The notes beneath the pieces were generated by a model, which saw only the letters and a program-made list of their open reading frames with translations, was not told the origin of the DNA and did not search any database. Shown one piece after another: positions 17,597-26,899 of a stretch of DNA of 64,000 bases. This DNA is from Candidatus Daviesbacteria bacterium (GTDB lineage: Bacteria; Patescibacteriota; Microgenomatia; Daviesbacterales; UBA10151), in contig JAQUSJ010000002.1 of assembly GCA_028715175.1 (NCBI GenBank), forward strand, positions 22,285 through 86,284, read 5' to 3'. Both the position numbers and the translations under genes were made by a program. The stretch's first letter is position 1. Each line of letters starts with the position of its first letter.

Positions 17597-17725
17597 CCGA
17601 GATAGCTCAGTGGGTTAAAGTCGTAAATCGACTTTAACGGGATAACTACAACCAAGCCCGCGATCAGCGGATATCTTAAAATAATAGTTATCCCAGGAAG
17701 AGCAGCGGTTTTGCTTATCTGCTAT
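17597..17725 (+). other. tRNA-like 5' fragment plus a structured region (two perfect hairpins), downstream of a TATAAT box; possible small RNA or tRNA remnant
   Basis: Begins 'GCCGAGATAGCTCAGTGGG' (tRNA acceptor and D-arm-like) but has no T-arm. Contains hairpins TTAAAGTCG-TAAAT-CGACTTTAA and GGGATAACTA...TAGTTATCCC. TATAAT lies at 17581-17586. Confidence 0.25.
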
Positions 17726-17800
17726 GCCAACGTAGTTCAGTGGCAGAACACTTGTTTTGTAAACAAGATGTCGTGGGTTCGATTCCCACCGTTGGCTCCA
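17726..17800 (+). tRNA. tRNA-Thr (anticodon TGT), CCA encoded
   Basis: Manual cloverleaf: acceptor GCCAACG/CGTTGGC, D GTTC/GAAC, anticodon stem CTTGT/ACAAG, loop TTTGTAA, T-arm GTGGG-TTCGATT-CCCAC. Confidence 0.8.
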
Positions 17801-17803
17801 ACA

Positions 17804-17877
17804 GCCGACATGGCTCAGTGGCAGAGCACGTTCTTGGTAAGAACGGGGTCGCGGGTTCAATTCCCGCTGTCGGCTCC
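17804..17877 (+). tRNA. tRNA-Thr (anticodon GGT)
   Basis: Acceptor GCCGACA/TGTCGGC, D GCTC/GAGC, anticodon stem CGTTC/GAACG, loop TTGGTAA, T-arm GCGGG-TTCAATT-CCCGC. Confidence 0.8.
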
Positions 17878-17897
17878 GAACGAAGTAAGGAGACAAA

Positions 17898-17955
17898 GCG
17901 GGAACAAGATCTTCGAGCGAAGCAAGAAGTAGACTTATTCCCGCTGTCGGCTCCA
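17898..17955 (+). repeat. partial duplicate of the tRNA-Thr(GGT) 3' end (T-stem plus acceptor 3' strand plus CCA) with a 39-nt insert in the T-loop position
   Basis: 'TTCCCGCTGTCGGCTCC' at 17865-17881 is repeated at 17938-17954, preceded by GCGGG...CCCGC. Confidence 0.6.
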
Positions 17956-17970
17956 ATAATCCCCAGGTTT

Positions 17971-18327
17971 TTAAATATACTGTTTAACTCTATCAACCAT
18001 CTCTACCAAAGTAACATCTGATTTAACCAGATAATCAACAACTCCTAATTTCTTGGCCTTTTCCACATCCTCTTTTTGGGAAAGATTAGAAGCTACAACT
18101 ACAGGAGTTTTAATCCCTAATTTATTAAGCTCTGATAAAACATAAAATCCGTCTTTTTTGGTCATCATTAAATCCAAAATAATGAGATCAAAATGTTCTT
18201 TAGAAACAGCGGCCAGGGCTTCTTCGCCACTAAAAACCGTGCTTGTTGAATACCCTGCGGAGTTTAATTTTAGACTCATTACCCGAGCTAGCGGTTTTTC
18301 ATCATCAACGATTAGTATCTTTTTCAT
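17971..18327 (-). CDS. response regulator receiver-domain protein (CheY-like, stand-alone)
   Basis: 'ILIVDDE', 'DLIILDLMM', a conserved Lys near the C-terminus. Confidence 0.8.
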   Translation of the reverse strand: MKKILIVDDEKPLARVMSLKLNSAGYSTSTVFSGEEALAAVSKEHFDLIILDLMMTKKDGFYVLSELNKLGIKTPVVVASNLSQKEDVEKAKKLGVVDYLVKSDVTLVEMVDRVKQYI

Positions 18328-18719
18328 TCTGAATTACCTCCTAGAAACTTTTTCATATCTGCAATAATTTGGTCTAATCTAAAATCTACTTTTGTATAAC
18401 ATTTCTGCACCCCTAATTTAAGATATGTTTGAACTTTATCCATAGATACTGTGTTGGAGACGACAAATACCGGCAAATTTTTCCATGATCTGTGTTTTTT
18501 TAAAGCCGTGACAAAATCTAAACCGTTATGTTTGCCAAATAAATAATGATCCAACCAAACAGCATCAACTTTAATACCCTCTTTCAGATAATCCAGGGCT
18601 TGATCTGCTGCTCTGGCAGTTACCACATTAAAACCTTCTGTCTCAAACTTATCTTTAATCACCTTAAGTAATGGTTTCTCATCTTCTAATACCAGGATTG
18701 TTTTAGCTATTTTTTTCAT
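18324..18719 (-). CDS. response regulator receiver-domain protein
   Basis: 'ILVLEDEKPL' receiver fold; a 4-nt overlap with the downstream receiver gene suggests an operon with the kinase. Confidence 0.7.
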   Translation of the reverse strand: MKKIAKTILVLEDEKPLLKVIKDKFETEGFNVVTARAADQALDYLKEGIKVDAVWLDHYLFGKHNGLDFVTALKKHRSWKNLPVFVVSNTVSMDKVQTYLKLGVQKCYTKVDFRLDQIIADMKKFLGGNSE

Positions 18720-18731
18720 ATTTATCCTAAA

Positions 18732-19853
18732 TTATTCTGCCACCTCCTTTCGCGGAATTGAAACATAAAATGTAGTTCCTTTATTCTCTTCCGATTCAAA
18801 CCAAATCTTGCTATTCATCTGATCAGCTATGGCTTTTAAAATATACAGGCCCAATCCTATACCTTCAGGTTCTTGCGCTTTAGCATTATCGGCCCTAAAA
18901 AATCTGTCAAAAATATTGGGCTGGGCGGCTTTAGGTATACCCATACCAGTATCTGCTACCACAATTAGCAGACGACCTTTTTGCTTTTTTATTTTCAGAG
19001 TAATTTTGTCACCTCTGTGGGTGTATTTTGTTGCATTAGAAAACAGGTTTTGAAAAACCATGCTTAGTTGCTTGGGGTCTATCTGGATTTTGGGAATGTT
19101 TTTATCATAAATTTTTCTCACTTTAAGCCCTTTCCTTTTAATCTCCGGTTGATTATCTTCTAATATAGTTAGGGCAAGTTTGACAACATCAGTCGGCTTC
19201 TTTTCAATTATAGTTGTCCCCATTTCGATTCTAGAAACACTAAGTAAAACATTGATAAGATTAACCATTCTTTTGCTGGCGCGGTATGCTTCTTCCAAAT
19301 ATTGTGTTTGTTTTTCATTCAACTTGCCGACATCTTTTGAGAGCAGCAGTTCAACATACCAATTTATGGTGGAAAACGGCGTACGCAGTTGATGGGAAAC
19401 TAGTGAGGCAAATTCTGTTTTGGCTTTGTCAACCTGATTTTCTTTACTAATGTCTCTGAAAGTTTCTACAGCTCCAACTATTTTTTTATTAAGGATAATT
19501 GGAGTTATCACGCTGGCAACCGGAAATTTGCTTTTATCCTTGCGAATATAATAAAAAGGCTCTGTCAAATCAGTCACAACTTTTTTTCCAGATAAAACTT
19601 TAGTCACAATCCTTTCTTTAAAAGGCACTGTCTTTCCATTTTTGTCTTCTCTGGGAAGCACATCAATGACAGGTTTGTTGCGTACTTCATCCAACTTCCA
19701 ACCTGTCATATCTTCGAATACCTTATTGACATAAACGATCTTGCCGCCCTTATTGACATCTACGATTACAATCAAACCGTCGCCAATTGATTGAAGGACA
19801 GCATCATCTCTGATGTTGTGCTCAATTAATTCCTGATATGTTTGTTTTGGCAT
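18732..19853 (-). CDS. PAS-domain sensor histidine kinase
   Basis: PAS-like N-terminus, H-box 'SHQLRTP', HATPase_c 'VADTGMGIP...GLGLYI'. Confidence 0.8.
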   Translation of the reverse strand: MPKQTYQELIEHNIRDDAVLQSIGDGLIVIVDVNKGGKIVYVNKVFEDMTGWKLDEVRNKPVIDVLPREDKNGKTVPFKERIVTKVLSGKKVVTDLTEPFYYIRKDKSKFPVASVITPIILNKKIVGAVETFRDISKENQVDKAKTEFASLVSHQLRTPFSTINWYVELLLSKDVGKLNEKQTQYLEEAYRASKRMVNLINVLLSVSRIEMGTTIIEKKPTDVVKLALTILEDNQPEIKRKGLKVRKIYDKNIPKIQIDPKQLSMVFQNLFSNATKYTHRGDKITLKIKKQKGRLLIVVADTGMGIPKAAQPNIFDRFFRADNAKAQEPEGIGLGLYILKAIADQMNSKIWFESEENKGTTFYVSIPRKEVAE

Positions 19854-19857
19854 AAGT

Positions 19858-20313
19858 TTATCTTGTAATACTAATGGTTGCTCCTTGTTCAGCAGAAGGA
19901 GCGCAAACAGTCACCCGACCGTTGGAGTTTTTGGCAATAAAATATCCTGTTCCGTTAGTTCCTGATCCGATTGGATCAGTTGGAATAGAAACCACATATT
20001 TTTCGCTGGTTGTCAAAACCGACAGGTCAACCAAACCAGTACAAGTACCACCGGTTTTGCAAATCTGATTTGTTGAAGGTGTTGAACAAGTTGCAGATGT
20101 CGAAATAGATGAAGGCAGCGTACCGCTATTATCGATTGAATACTGGTATGCAGCATTTAAAATAGTGTTGACATCAACTCTTCTCTGAGCATTTCTGGTA
20201 TCCCCCAGCTGTTTGTTGGGATTGATGGCGAGGATGACAATACCAGCAAGGATGGCCATGGCAGCCACCACCAGAAGAATTTCCAGGAGAGTGAAACCAC
20301 GTTCAGTTTTCAT
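19858..20313 (-). CDS. type IV pilin (prepilin with N-terminal cleavage/methylation motif); the ORF-track start at 20376 is probably too far upstream
   Basis: '[26 protein letters not shown]' class III signal peptide. Confidence 0.7.
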   Translation of the reverse strand: MKTERGFTLLEILLVVAAMAILAGIVILAINPNKQLGDTRNAQRRVDVNTILNAAYQYSIDNSGTLPSSISTSATCSTPSTNQICKTGGTCTGLVDLSVLTTSEKYVVSIPTDPIGSGTNGTGYFIAKNSNGRVTVCAPSAEQGATISITR

Positions 20314-20440
20314 GAACGTGGTAGAACCCTTTTTAGAACACTTGTCACTAAAAAGAGATTTTAATAACTTGTCCATGAGCAGAATTTCTGTATAATTTTA
20401 TTGTTGATTGTCTGTAGTTAGTTGTCAAGTATTGCATCTT

Positions 20441-20875
20441 TTATAAGTCTGTCACTTCTTGCCAGGAGGTGATATTAATGCTTGGTCTGATTTTATCCAG
20501 AGTAATGCTTGCTTTCCTTATAATTGTTCCCACTGTGCCGCTGGCAGTGATAGTCCGGTTTTGTCCGGTAAGTTTGGTGACAGTATAGCTGCAGCTACCT
20601 TGACTCAACGTAAGACTGCCGGTACCCTCAAAAGGAATTGAATTGCTGATTTGCTGGAGGGCTTCTTCACTACAGGCATTGACCAAAGCTTTGGCCTGAT
20701 TGGATTGTTCAAGCGAAAAACTGGTTCTCGAAGAACCCAAACCCAAAAGCAAAAGTGAAACAGCAATAGCCACGCCAACAGCGCCGGCCACTAAAACCGT
20801 AATTAGAGCAATATAACCTCTTTGTCTATCGCAAGCTAGCTGTTCCATAAAATGTTTTACTAAAATCATATTCAT
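20441..20875 (-). CDS. minor pilin / pseudopilin-like protein
   Basis: Hydrophobic N-terminal helix 'RGYIALITVLVAGAVGV' inside the pilin gene cluster. Confidence 0.45.
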   Translation of the reverse strand: MNMILVKHFMEQLACDRQRGYIALITVLVAGAVGVAIAVSLLLLGLGSSRTSFSLEQSNQAKALVNACSEEALQQISNSIPFEGTGSLTLSQGSCSYTVTKLTGQNRTITASGTVGTIIRKASITLDKIRPSINITSWQEVTDL

Positions 20876-21320
20876 TTCTACCTGATGAATTGATGTGGGT
20901 TAGAGTAAATTGAATACGAATTATACCCGGAGTACCAGTGCGAGAGAGATTATGAAAGGTCAGACCGGAAGCGCTAATACGGGAGTTGGTAAGAGAAACA
21001 GCCGAGCCAGTCCCTTCTTTGATGCAAATCACACCATTATCAAGATCAAAAATGGTCGGGTCATTTGCGACCGTCACCACATCAAAGGTCAACGAGGCGG
21101 AACTGCTACCAACTGCGGGCAAGGTTATTGCTTGGGCATTACGGCCAGTTTGGGTAATAATTTGCATGACTTGAATTCCTTGCTGTTCTACTTCAGCGAT
21201 GGTTTGATTTTTCACCCGCGATTGCATCAGAATAAACAAAAAACCAGCAATAGAAAGAATAACTACCCCGATGATGCTGACATATAAGAGAAGTTCAATA
21301 AGAGTAAATCCTTTCTTCAT
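20826..21320 (-). CDS. type IV pilin-like protein (start at the internal Met of 'MKKGFTLIELL')
   Basis: Prepilin motif 'KKGFTLIELLLYV'. Confidence 0.7.
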   Translation of the reverse strand: MKKGFTLIELLLYVSIIGVVILSIAGFLFILMQSRVKNQTIAEVEQQGIQVMQIITQTGRNAQAITLPAVGSSSASLTFDVVTVANDPTIFDLDNGVICIKEGTGSAVSLTNSRISASGLTFHNLSRTGTPGIIRIQFTLTHINSSGRNEYDFSKTFYGTASLR

Positions 21321-21324
21321 ATTA

Positions 21325-21912
21325 TTATGGTTTACAACAGCAAGTATCTGCATTTTCTCCTCCTGTACAGTACACATCTCCGCCTGATTCGTACGTTTCG
21401 CTGTTATTTGTACATTGTTGGGGATTTTCTCGACAAGTGCCAGTAGCGTAACTACCCAGCGACTGACAATAAATATCGCAGGAACCGATTGGGGTTGATT
21501 TATTCCAGTCAGTAAAATAGGTCGTGAGAATAACTGCTCCCGAGCGCTGTGGGGTTTGAGACCAAGTCACATTTGAAATGACTTGTTTTCTATTGGCGTC
21601 AACTGAGGTAATAGTCAGGCTGCGGGTAAAAATATCTGTGGTGTCTGATGTTCCGGACAGCGTCCACTGGTTACCGGAAATAGCTAATCCGTGCGGGCCG
21701 TCGGTAAGATTACTAAAGCCGGCATCACGGATATTGCGCACTGCTTCCAAACCTTCATCGGCCAGCATCGTTGCCCGGGATCTTGCTCCGGAGAGTACCG
21801 TACTTTCTTGCCCATAGATAAGGCTGCCAACTAAAGCTATAACAATTAGGCCAAGGACCGAAACGGCCAAAAGAACTTCAACTAAACTAAAACCCGATTG
21901 TACCTTTTTCAT
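21325..21912 (-). CDS. type IV pilin-like protein with a Cys-rich C-terminal tail (start at 'MKKVQSGFSLVEV')
   Basis: Prepilin motif 'SGFSLVEVLLAV'; C-terminus 'CDIYCQ...TCREN..CTNN...YCTGG...TCCCKP'. Confidence 0.6.
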   Translation of the reverse strand: MKKVQSGFSLVEVLLAVSVLGLIVIALVGSLIYGQESTVLSGARSRATMLADEGLEAVRNIRDAGFSNLTDGPHGLAISGNQWTLSGTSDTTDIFTRSLTITSVDANRKQVISNVTWSQTPQRSGAVILTTYFTDWNKSTPIGSCDIYCQSLGSYATGTCRENPQQCTNNSETYESGGDVYCTGGENADTCCCKP

Positions 21913-22321
21913 TGATGGAAACCGATCTGCTATCGTTTTCAGTTGACAAATTAATCGTTCCGGTTGCTTGCGGTAAACCGGTGAATTTGGAGAAAACATA
22001 TTCGGTGGTGCCACTGACGCCAATAGTTGTTGCCATATCAAATGTTTCATCAAAATTGCTGTCACGGCTTATAAAACTGGTTCCCTTAAAAAGGACGATA
22101 CTACCACTTTGAACTTGCAGTCCCCAGGAAGTATCCCCATCTACTGCCTGGGATAGCAGTTGTGCCCTGCGCAAAGTTTGAGCAACAGTAGTGGTGGCTA
22201 TATCAAGGTCATTTTTTGTTAGCATGATTCTAAATACCGGAATAGAAAGACCGGATAAAATAGCAACTACGCTAATTGCTAATAGAACCTCAAGCAAGGT
22301 AAAACCACTCTTGTCATTCAC
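21887..22321 (-). CDS. type IV pilin
   Basis: 'MNDKSGFTLLEVLLAISVVAIL' prepilin motif. Confidence 0.7.
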   Translation of the reverse strand: MNDKSGFTLLEVLLAISVVAILSGLSIPVFRIMLTKNDLDIATTTVAQTLRRAQLLSQAVDGDTSWGLQVQSGSIVLFKGTSFISRDSNFDETFDMATTIGVSGTTEYVFSKFTGLPQATGTINLSTENDSRSVSINEKGTIGF

Positions 22322-23367
22322 TTATTCAACCCCCCAATTAAACTATAAATTGGCAAAATTACTGCCAGGGCCACAAATAATACTCCTAACCAGATAGTAA
22401 TTAAAAAAACCGGTTCCAGCATAACTACCAGATTCTTAGTGCTAGTTTGTAACTTATCTTCATAAGTTTGATTCAGGCTTAAAAGTACTTCCGGGAGCCT
22501 ACCTGATCTTTCTGAAGTGATAATGATTTGCTGAATAGGCAAAGGTAAAAGTTTGTTGGTGTCTTTATATAATTTGAAGCTGCTTTCAAAAGAATTGCCT
22601 TGTTCAATACTTTTTTCCAGGCTTAAATATAATTTTTGATAAGCCATAGTGGTGGTTGAAGATGCCAGCGAACTTAGCGCATCAGTCACTGTCAACCCTG
22701 CCTTAAGAAGTGTTCCCAAAAGAAAACCAAGCCTGGCAAGTTCGGTCTCCATTATAATCTTGCTGATTCCGGGAAATCGCATCAATAAAACCTCGCCTGT
22801 ATATTTTGTTTTTCGGCAGAAAAAGAGGAAATAAACAGCTAAACAAATCAAAAAAATTAACAGCGGTATCACCACAATCCCAAATTCTCCCAGGAATTTC
22901 CCCAGAGAAATTAAAATCTTAGTGATCAGAGGAAGTTCCATTCTAAGCTGGGAAAAAACCAGGCTTAATCTGGGCAAAATAAACCAGGCTATGCCAATCC
23001 CGGTGATTAAAGTTAAGGAAAATACAATCACCGGATAGATCATGGCGGATTGGAGTTTGGAGGCAAATTCTCTTATCTTTTGCTGCTGGGTAACGACCAG
23101 TTTTAAATTCTCCGTGAGGTTTCCAGACTCCTCCCCCAGTCTTATTAAAGATATAAAATAATCCGGCAATAACTTAATCTTTTGAAGAGCCACCCAAAGA
23201 GCAGAGCCGGAATCAATTTCCGCTTCCACTAACCCTAAAGCTTTAAACATCTTCCGGGAGCGGGTTTCAGCTTTGATAGAAGTAATGGCCGAGGATACAT
23301 CAATGCCCGAGGCAATCATTATGGCAAGATTTTCTAAAAAATAGTCTTTTTCCGCGTCTCCGAACAT
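22318..23367 (-). CDS. pilC: type IV pilus assembly platform protein PilC (GspF family)
   Basis: Two T2SSF-like repeats, polytopic membrane topology, adjacent to pilB. Confidence 0.8.
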   Translation of the reverse strand: MFGDAEKDYFLENLAIMIASGIDVSSAITSIKAETRSRKMFKALGLVEAEIDSGSALWVALQKIKLLPDYFISLIRLGEESGNLTENLKLVVTQQQKIREFASKLQSAMIYPVIVFSLTLITGIGIAWFILPRLSLVFSQLRMELPLITKILISLGKFLGEFGIVVIPLLIFLICLAVYFLFFCRKTKYTGEVLLMRFPGISKIIMETELARLGFLLGTLLKAGLTVTDALSSLASSTTTMAYQKLYLSLEKSIEQGNSFESSFKLYKDTNKLLPLPIQQIIITSERSGRLPEVLLSLNQTYEDKLQTSTKNLVVMLEPVFLITIWLGVLFVALAVILPIYSLIGGLNK

Positions 23368-23372
23368 TTTTG

Positions 23373-25016
23373 TCAGCGGGGGGAAGCTACCCGCAATACC
23401 TCCTCAAGTGTTGTTATACCTACCTTTACTTTTTCCATACCGTCTTCAAATAAATCTTTAGAACCCTCAGATTTGGCAAGTTGCCAGATTTGATCAACAG
23501 AAGGTTTTTGCAATATCAACTCACGCATTTCCTTCCCGACTGCGATAAACTCAAAAATTGCGCTCCTGCCTTTATAACCTGTCCCGTGACAAACTGTACA
23601 ACCTTTACCTCTATATAAAGTTGTGGAATCATCAAGAAAATGATTTTTTAAATTAGGGAAGTAATTATGTATATAATTTTTAGGGTAAAACTGGCTCATT
23701 TTGCATGATTGGCAAATTGTACGTACTAATCTTTGAGCAACAATCAGCTCCAAAGTCGAAGCCATCAAAAACGGTTCAACTCCTACATCCAACAGCCTGG
23801 GGATAGCAGTTGCTGCATCATTAGCATGAAAAGTGGTCAGCAGAAGGTGACCGGTTAAGGCAGCATTGACAGCGATTTCTGCAGTCTCAGGGTCTCTAAT
23901 CTCTCCTACCAGAATAATGTTTGGATCCTGTCTGATAATAGAACGCAGTCCTTTGGCAAAAGTAAGATTTGTGGCAGGATTAACCTGAATTTGATTAACA
24001 CCGATAATTCTATACTCTATTGGATCCTCAATGGTGGTGATATTCACCTCCGGCCTGTTTAAAAGCTTTATCAAAGCATAAAGAGTAGTAGTTTTACCTG
24101 AACCTGTTGGGCCGGTACAAATAATCATCCCAAAAGGTTTTCTGATGGCAGCTAAAGTCAGCTGCTGGTTAGCTTGTGACAAACCAATATCAGACAGGCT
24201 ATAGTCACGAAGATAGGCAGAAAGTATCCTGATGGCAGTTTTTTCTCCATCCATGGTAGGGACGACTGAAATACGAAGGTCGATAAGTTTGCCATTTACT
24301 GTCATTCTCATGGCACCATCTTGAGGCACCTTATGCTCATCAATCCTAAGTCTGGATTTAACTTTAATCCTGTTTAAAATATTTTCATATAGCGGTTTTG
24401 GGATATTGCCATGTGTTTGCAACACACCATCAATCCTAAAGCGAATAATTACAGCATTTTCTTGTGGTTCGAAATGAATATCCGAAACTTTATTAATTGC
24501 TGCTTCTTCAAAAAGTTCTTCCAGGATTTTTGGGGCAAAACCAGGCGTATCTTTTAAGGCACTACTTAGTCTTGCCACCAATGGCTGCCTATAGTTTACA
24601 AATAAGCTTTCAATATCTTTAGGGAAGCTGTAGACCAAATCAACTATTTTTCCGGAAAAGAGTTTTTGCAGCAATTCTTTAAGATTTTCTTGATTAGGAT
24701 TGGCTGTAGCTATGGTAACCTTTAGGGGTTCTTCTTCTGCCAAAACTATGTAATATTGTAGCGCTATATCTTTTGGGATTTTTAGAATTTGTTCTTGTTG
24801 GGGAGGATTAGCAGTTAAATTAAAAAATGGCACTTTAAAAGCTTCTGCAACAGCTTGTCCAAGCAAACTTCTATTTATTAAACCAGATGTAAAAAGATAA
24901 TCAACAATAGAGCTGTTATGCTCTTTAGCATATTCTTCTGCCTTTAAAATATCATCAGGCGTAACATAACTTTGATGCAAAAGAATCTCTTTAACGATTT
25001 GATCATTTGTATTCAT
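23373..25016 (-). CDS. pilB: type IV pilus assembly ATPase PilB (GspE family)
   Basis: Walker A 'GPTGSGKTTTLYA', Asp/His boxes, and a C-terminal CxxC...CxxC tetracysteine. Confidence 0.85.
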   Translation of the reverse strand: MNTNDQIVKEILLHQSYVTPDDILKAEEYAKEHNSSIVDYLFTSGLINRSLLGQAVAEAFKVPFFNLTANPPQQEQILKIPKDIALQYYIVLAEEEPLKVTIATANPNQENLKELLQKLFSGKIVDLVYSFPKDIESLFVNYRQPLVARLSSALKDTPGFAPKILEELFEEAAINKVSDIHFEPQENAVIIRFRIDGVLQTHGNIPKPLYENILNRIKVKSRLRIDEHKVPQDGAMRMTVNGKLIDLRISVVPTMDGEKTAIRILSAYLRDYSLSDIGLSQANQQLTLAAIRKPFGMIICTGPTGSGKTTTLYALIKLLNRPEVNITTIEDPIEYRIIGVNQIQVNPATNLTFAKGLRSIIRQDPNIILVGEIRDPETAEIAVNAALTGHLLLTTFHANDAATAIPRLLDVGVEPFLMASTLELIVAQRLVRTICQSCKMSQFYPKNYIHNYFPNLKNHFLDDSTTLYRGKGCTVCHGTGYKGRSAIFEFIAVGKEMRELILQKPSVDQIWQLAKSEGSKDLFEDGMEKVKVGITTLEEVLRVASPR

Positions 25017-25251
25017 GGGCAGAGAAGTTACTACTTAAATCATATACCAACTATTAAAATCTTTCCATTGACTGTTTTTTGGGATTAAACTCAGAAAGGT
25101 TAATCAGTTTTACCAGTTAAGAATACACTAATCCCCAATATCAACTATCGGCTCACATTCCCAAGAAGATAACTGTCTAATCCCCTATTTTTGAGTAATT
25201 TTTGTGTAGAGATTTTTAAATAATCTATTATGATATATACTTATATATTAT

Positions 25252-25761
25252 ATGACTCGGCAAGACTTTGAAGAAGTAGTAAAAATTATCGGTGATGACC
25301 CGAAGTATCGCCATTTTATTGACAGAATAAAAAAAGATTTTGATGACAGTGAACATAAAGGCATTCCGGTTGCCATGCATGCTTATTTCATAAAAGAAGG
25401 GAAAGAAAGTATTGGTTTTTGTATTTTATCGCTATCCCCTCTTAAGATGAGGCGATGGGAAAAAACATTTATAGAAGAAGATTGGAAAACGCAAAATTTT
25501 CAGATTGATATTTCATCTTTTGAACTAATGTATCTGTACATTAAACCTGAATTTAGAAGAAAAGGAAAAGCTACCCAGTTATTTAATAAAGTTATCAAAC
25601 GTTCCAAAGTTTTGGGCATTAAATCAATTTATGCTTATGTAAGCGATACAGACAATGCGGCGCTGGAATTCTACCGCAAGAGCGGAGCAAAAATTATCCA
25701 TGATTTTTCCGATGAAACAGAAGGAATAAGCGCAGCTTTTATGGTATGGAAGTTGGAATAA
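25252..25761 (+). CDS. GNAT-family N-acetyltransferase
   Basis: 'RRKGKATQLFNKVI' acetyl-CoA-binding motif A region. Confidence 0.65.
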   Translation: MTRQDFEEVVKIIGDDPKYRHFIDRIKKDFDDSEHKGIPVAMHAYFIKEGKESIGFCILSLSPLKMRRWEKTFIEEDWKTQNFQIDISSFELMYLYIKPEFRRKGKATQLFNKVIKRSKVLGIKSIYAYVSDTDNAALEFYRKSGAKIIHDFSDETEGISAAFMVWKLE

Positions 25762-25776
25762 AGGGGTTGAACCCCT
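25762..25776. repeat. 15-bp palindrome AGGGGTTGAACCCCT (REP-like), copy 1
   Basis: Exact match, located between convergent genes. Confidence 0.8.
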
Positions 25777-25782
25777 AAAACG

Positions 25783-26292
25783 CTACTTTAAGGAGGCCAA
25801 GGTAGCCCTAGTTTTGATATCTTTGAGGGTTTTACCAACAGATCCAGTTGTAGCATGATCAGCGATAGGTTCGTCCCAGACCCCGCCGGCAATATTTGCT
25901 ATATCGGTAGCAGAAATAGCCACTCCAGCAGTTAAAGAGCTAGAAGAAACGATAGATTTTATAGTAACTTGATAATCCCCCAAAACACTTGTGAAAGGGC
26001 TTGTCTCATCGTCAGTGATGAGATTTCCGGCCACTGTCAAAGTATGATCAGCCTCCTGTGGCCTGATCTTCCAGCCGTATCTCAACACGATATAAGGAGA
26101 GATGACCTGTCCGCCTCCAATTGCCTGTCCGCCAATGGCCATTATAGGAAACCTAAATTTATTCATTAAAGGATCTGATAACCAATCTTCTTTGGCGTCC
26201 GAATATAAATCCACCACCACATCAAAGGAAGTTACCCCAGTGTTTAGGATAAATAACTTATTATTGGTATCATAAGTCATTTTTTGAGCCAT
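25783..26292 (-). CDS. hypothetical protein (169 aa); its N-terminal domain is paralogous to that of the 26871-28460 protein
   Basis: Shared motif 'YS..KE(D/E)W..D....NKF(R/K)FPI'; no signal peptide. Confidence 0.5.
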   Translation of the reverse strand: MAQKMTYDTNNKLFILNTGVTSFDVVVDLYSDAKEDWLSDPLMNKFRFPIMAIGGQAIGGGQVISPYIVLRYGWKIRPQEADHTLTVAGNLITDDETSPFTSVLGDYQVTIKSIVSSSSLTAGVAISATDIANIAGGVWDEPIADHATTGSVGKTLKDIKTRATLASLK

Positions 26293-26371
26293 TTGCTGTA
26301 ATTTTTAGCAGAAAAAAATCAATTAATCAACCGATAAAAAGAAAGTCTAAAAATATCAAACTATTCCTAAG

Positions 26372-26899
26372 TTATTTCAACCTGTCCCAAAAGCTTACTT
26401 TTTTGGATTGTTTCCTATTTTCCTGGACTTCTTCTTGTAAATCATTTTTAACCTGTTTGGTTTCGGCTGGAACCGGTACTTCCTCTTGAGGCGGGATTTC
26501 TTCCGGAGCCGCTTGCTGTTTTTTCTTTGCCTCCTGTACTTTCTCTGACAGCTTATTAGTTAAAAATTTCTTTTCTTTAGGAAGTTCTTTAGCCTCTTCT
26601 TTTAAGATTTTGTTCCAGTCGCTGTAAATGCTGGAGGTTCTTTTAACTACTACTAGAGGCGATTTTTCGTCTACATCCCACGTCTTGGCAAACATATTCC
26701 ATCCGCCAAAGTCCTCCTGTTGTTCCATATGTTCCTTGATTCTGTCGACGAAACTCATCAGGCCGGTTTCTTCCCTTGTGGCTTTATTGCCTCCTTCTAT
26801 CTCGGTTTGGAGTCGGAAGCAGAGGTAGCGGATTTGGCGTCTGGTGAGGTCCTCGTTTTTAGTCATTTTTTTAGGTTGGATTAGAGTAGTTCCTTTCAT
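26372..26899 (-). CDS. hypothetical charged protein (175 aa)
   Basis: ORF only; Lys/Glu-rich C-terminus. Confidence 0.4.
   Translation of the reverse strand: MKGTTLIQPKKMTKNEDLTRRQIRYLCFRLQTEIEGGNKATREETGLMSFVDRIKEHMEQQEDFGGWNMFAKTWDVDEKSPLVVVKRTSSIYSDWNKILKEEAKELPKEKKFLTNKLSEKVQEAKKKQQAAPEEIPPQEEVPVPAETKQVKNDLQEEVQENRKQSKKVSFWDRLK

Noticed and set aside
17597-17725. A third complete tRNA upstream of the tRNA-Thr pair
   Set aside because: The acceptor and D-arm-like start is present, but no T-arm (GTTCRANYC) or matching acceptor 3' strand occurs before tRNA-Thr begins. It is kept only as a tRNA-like fragment / structured-RNA candidate.
17615-18021. ORFs 17615-17956(-), 17711-17932(+), 17715-17996(-), 17740-18021(+)
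   Set aside because: They are translations across the two tRNA-Thr genes; the 'GIEPTTS' / 'WESNPR' peptides are the classic artefact of reading a tRNA T-arm. Spurious.
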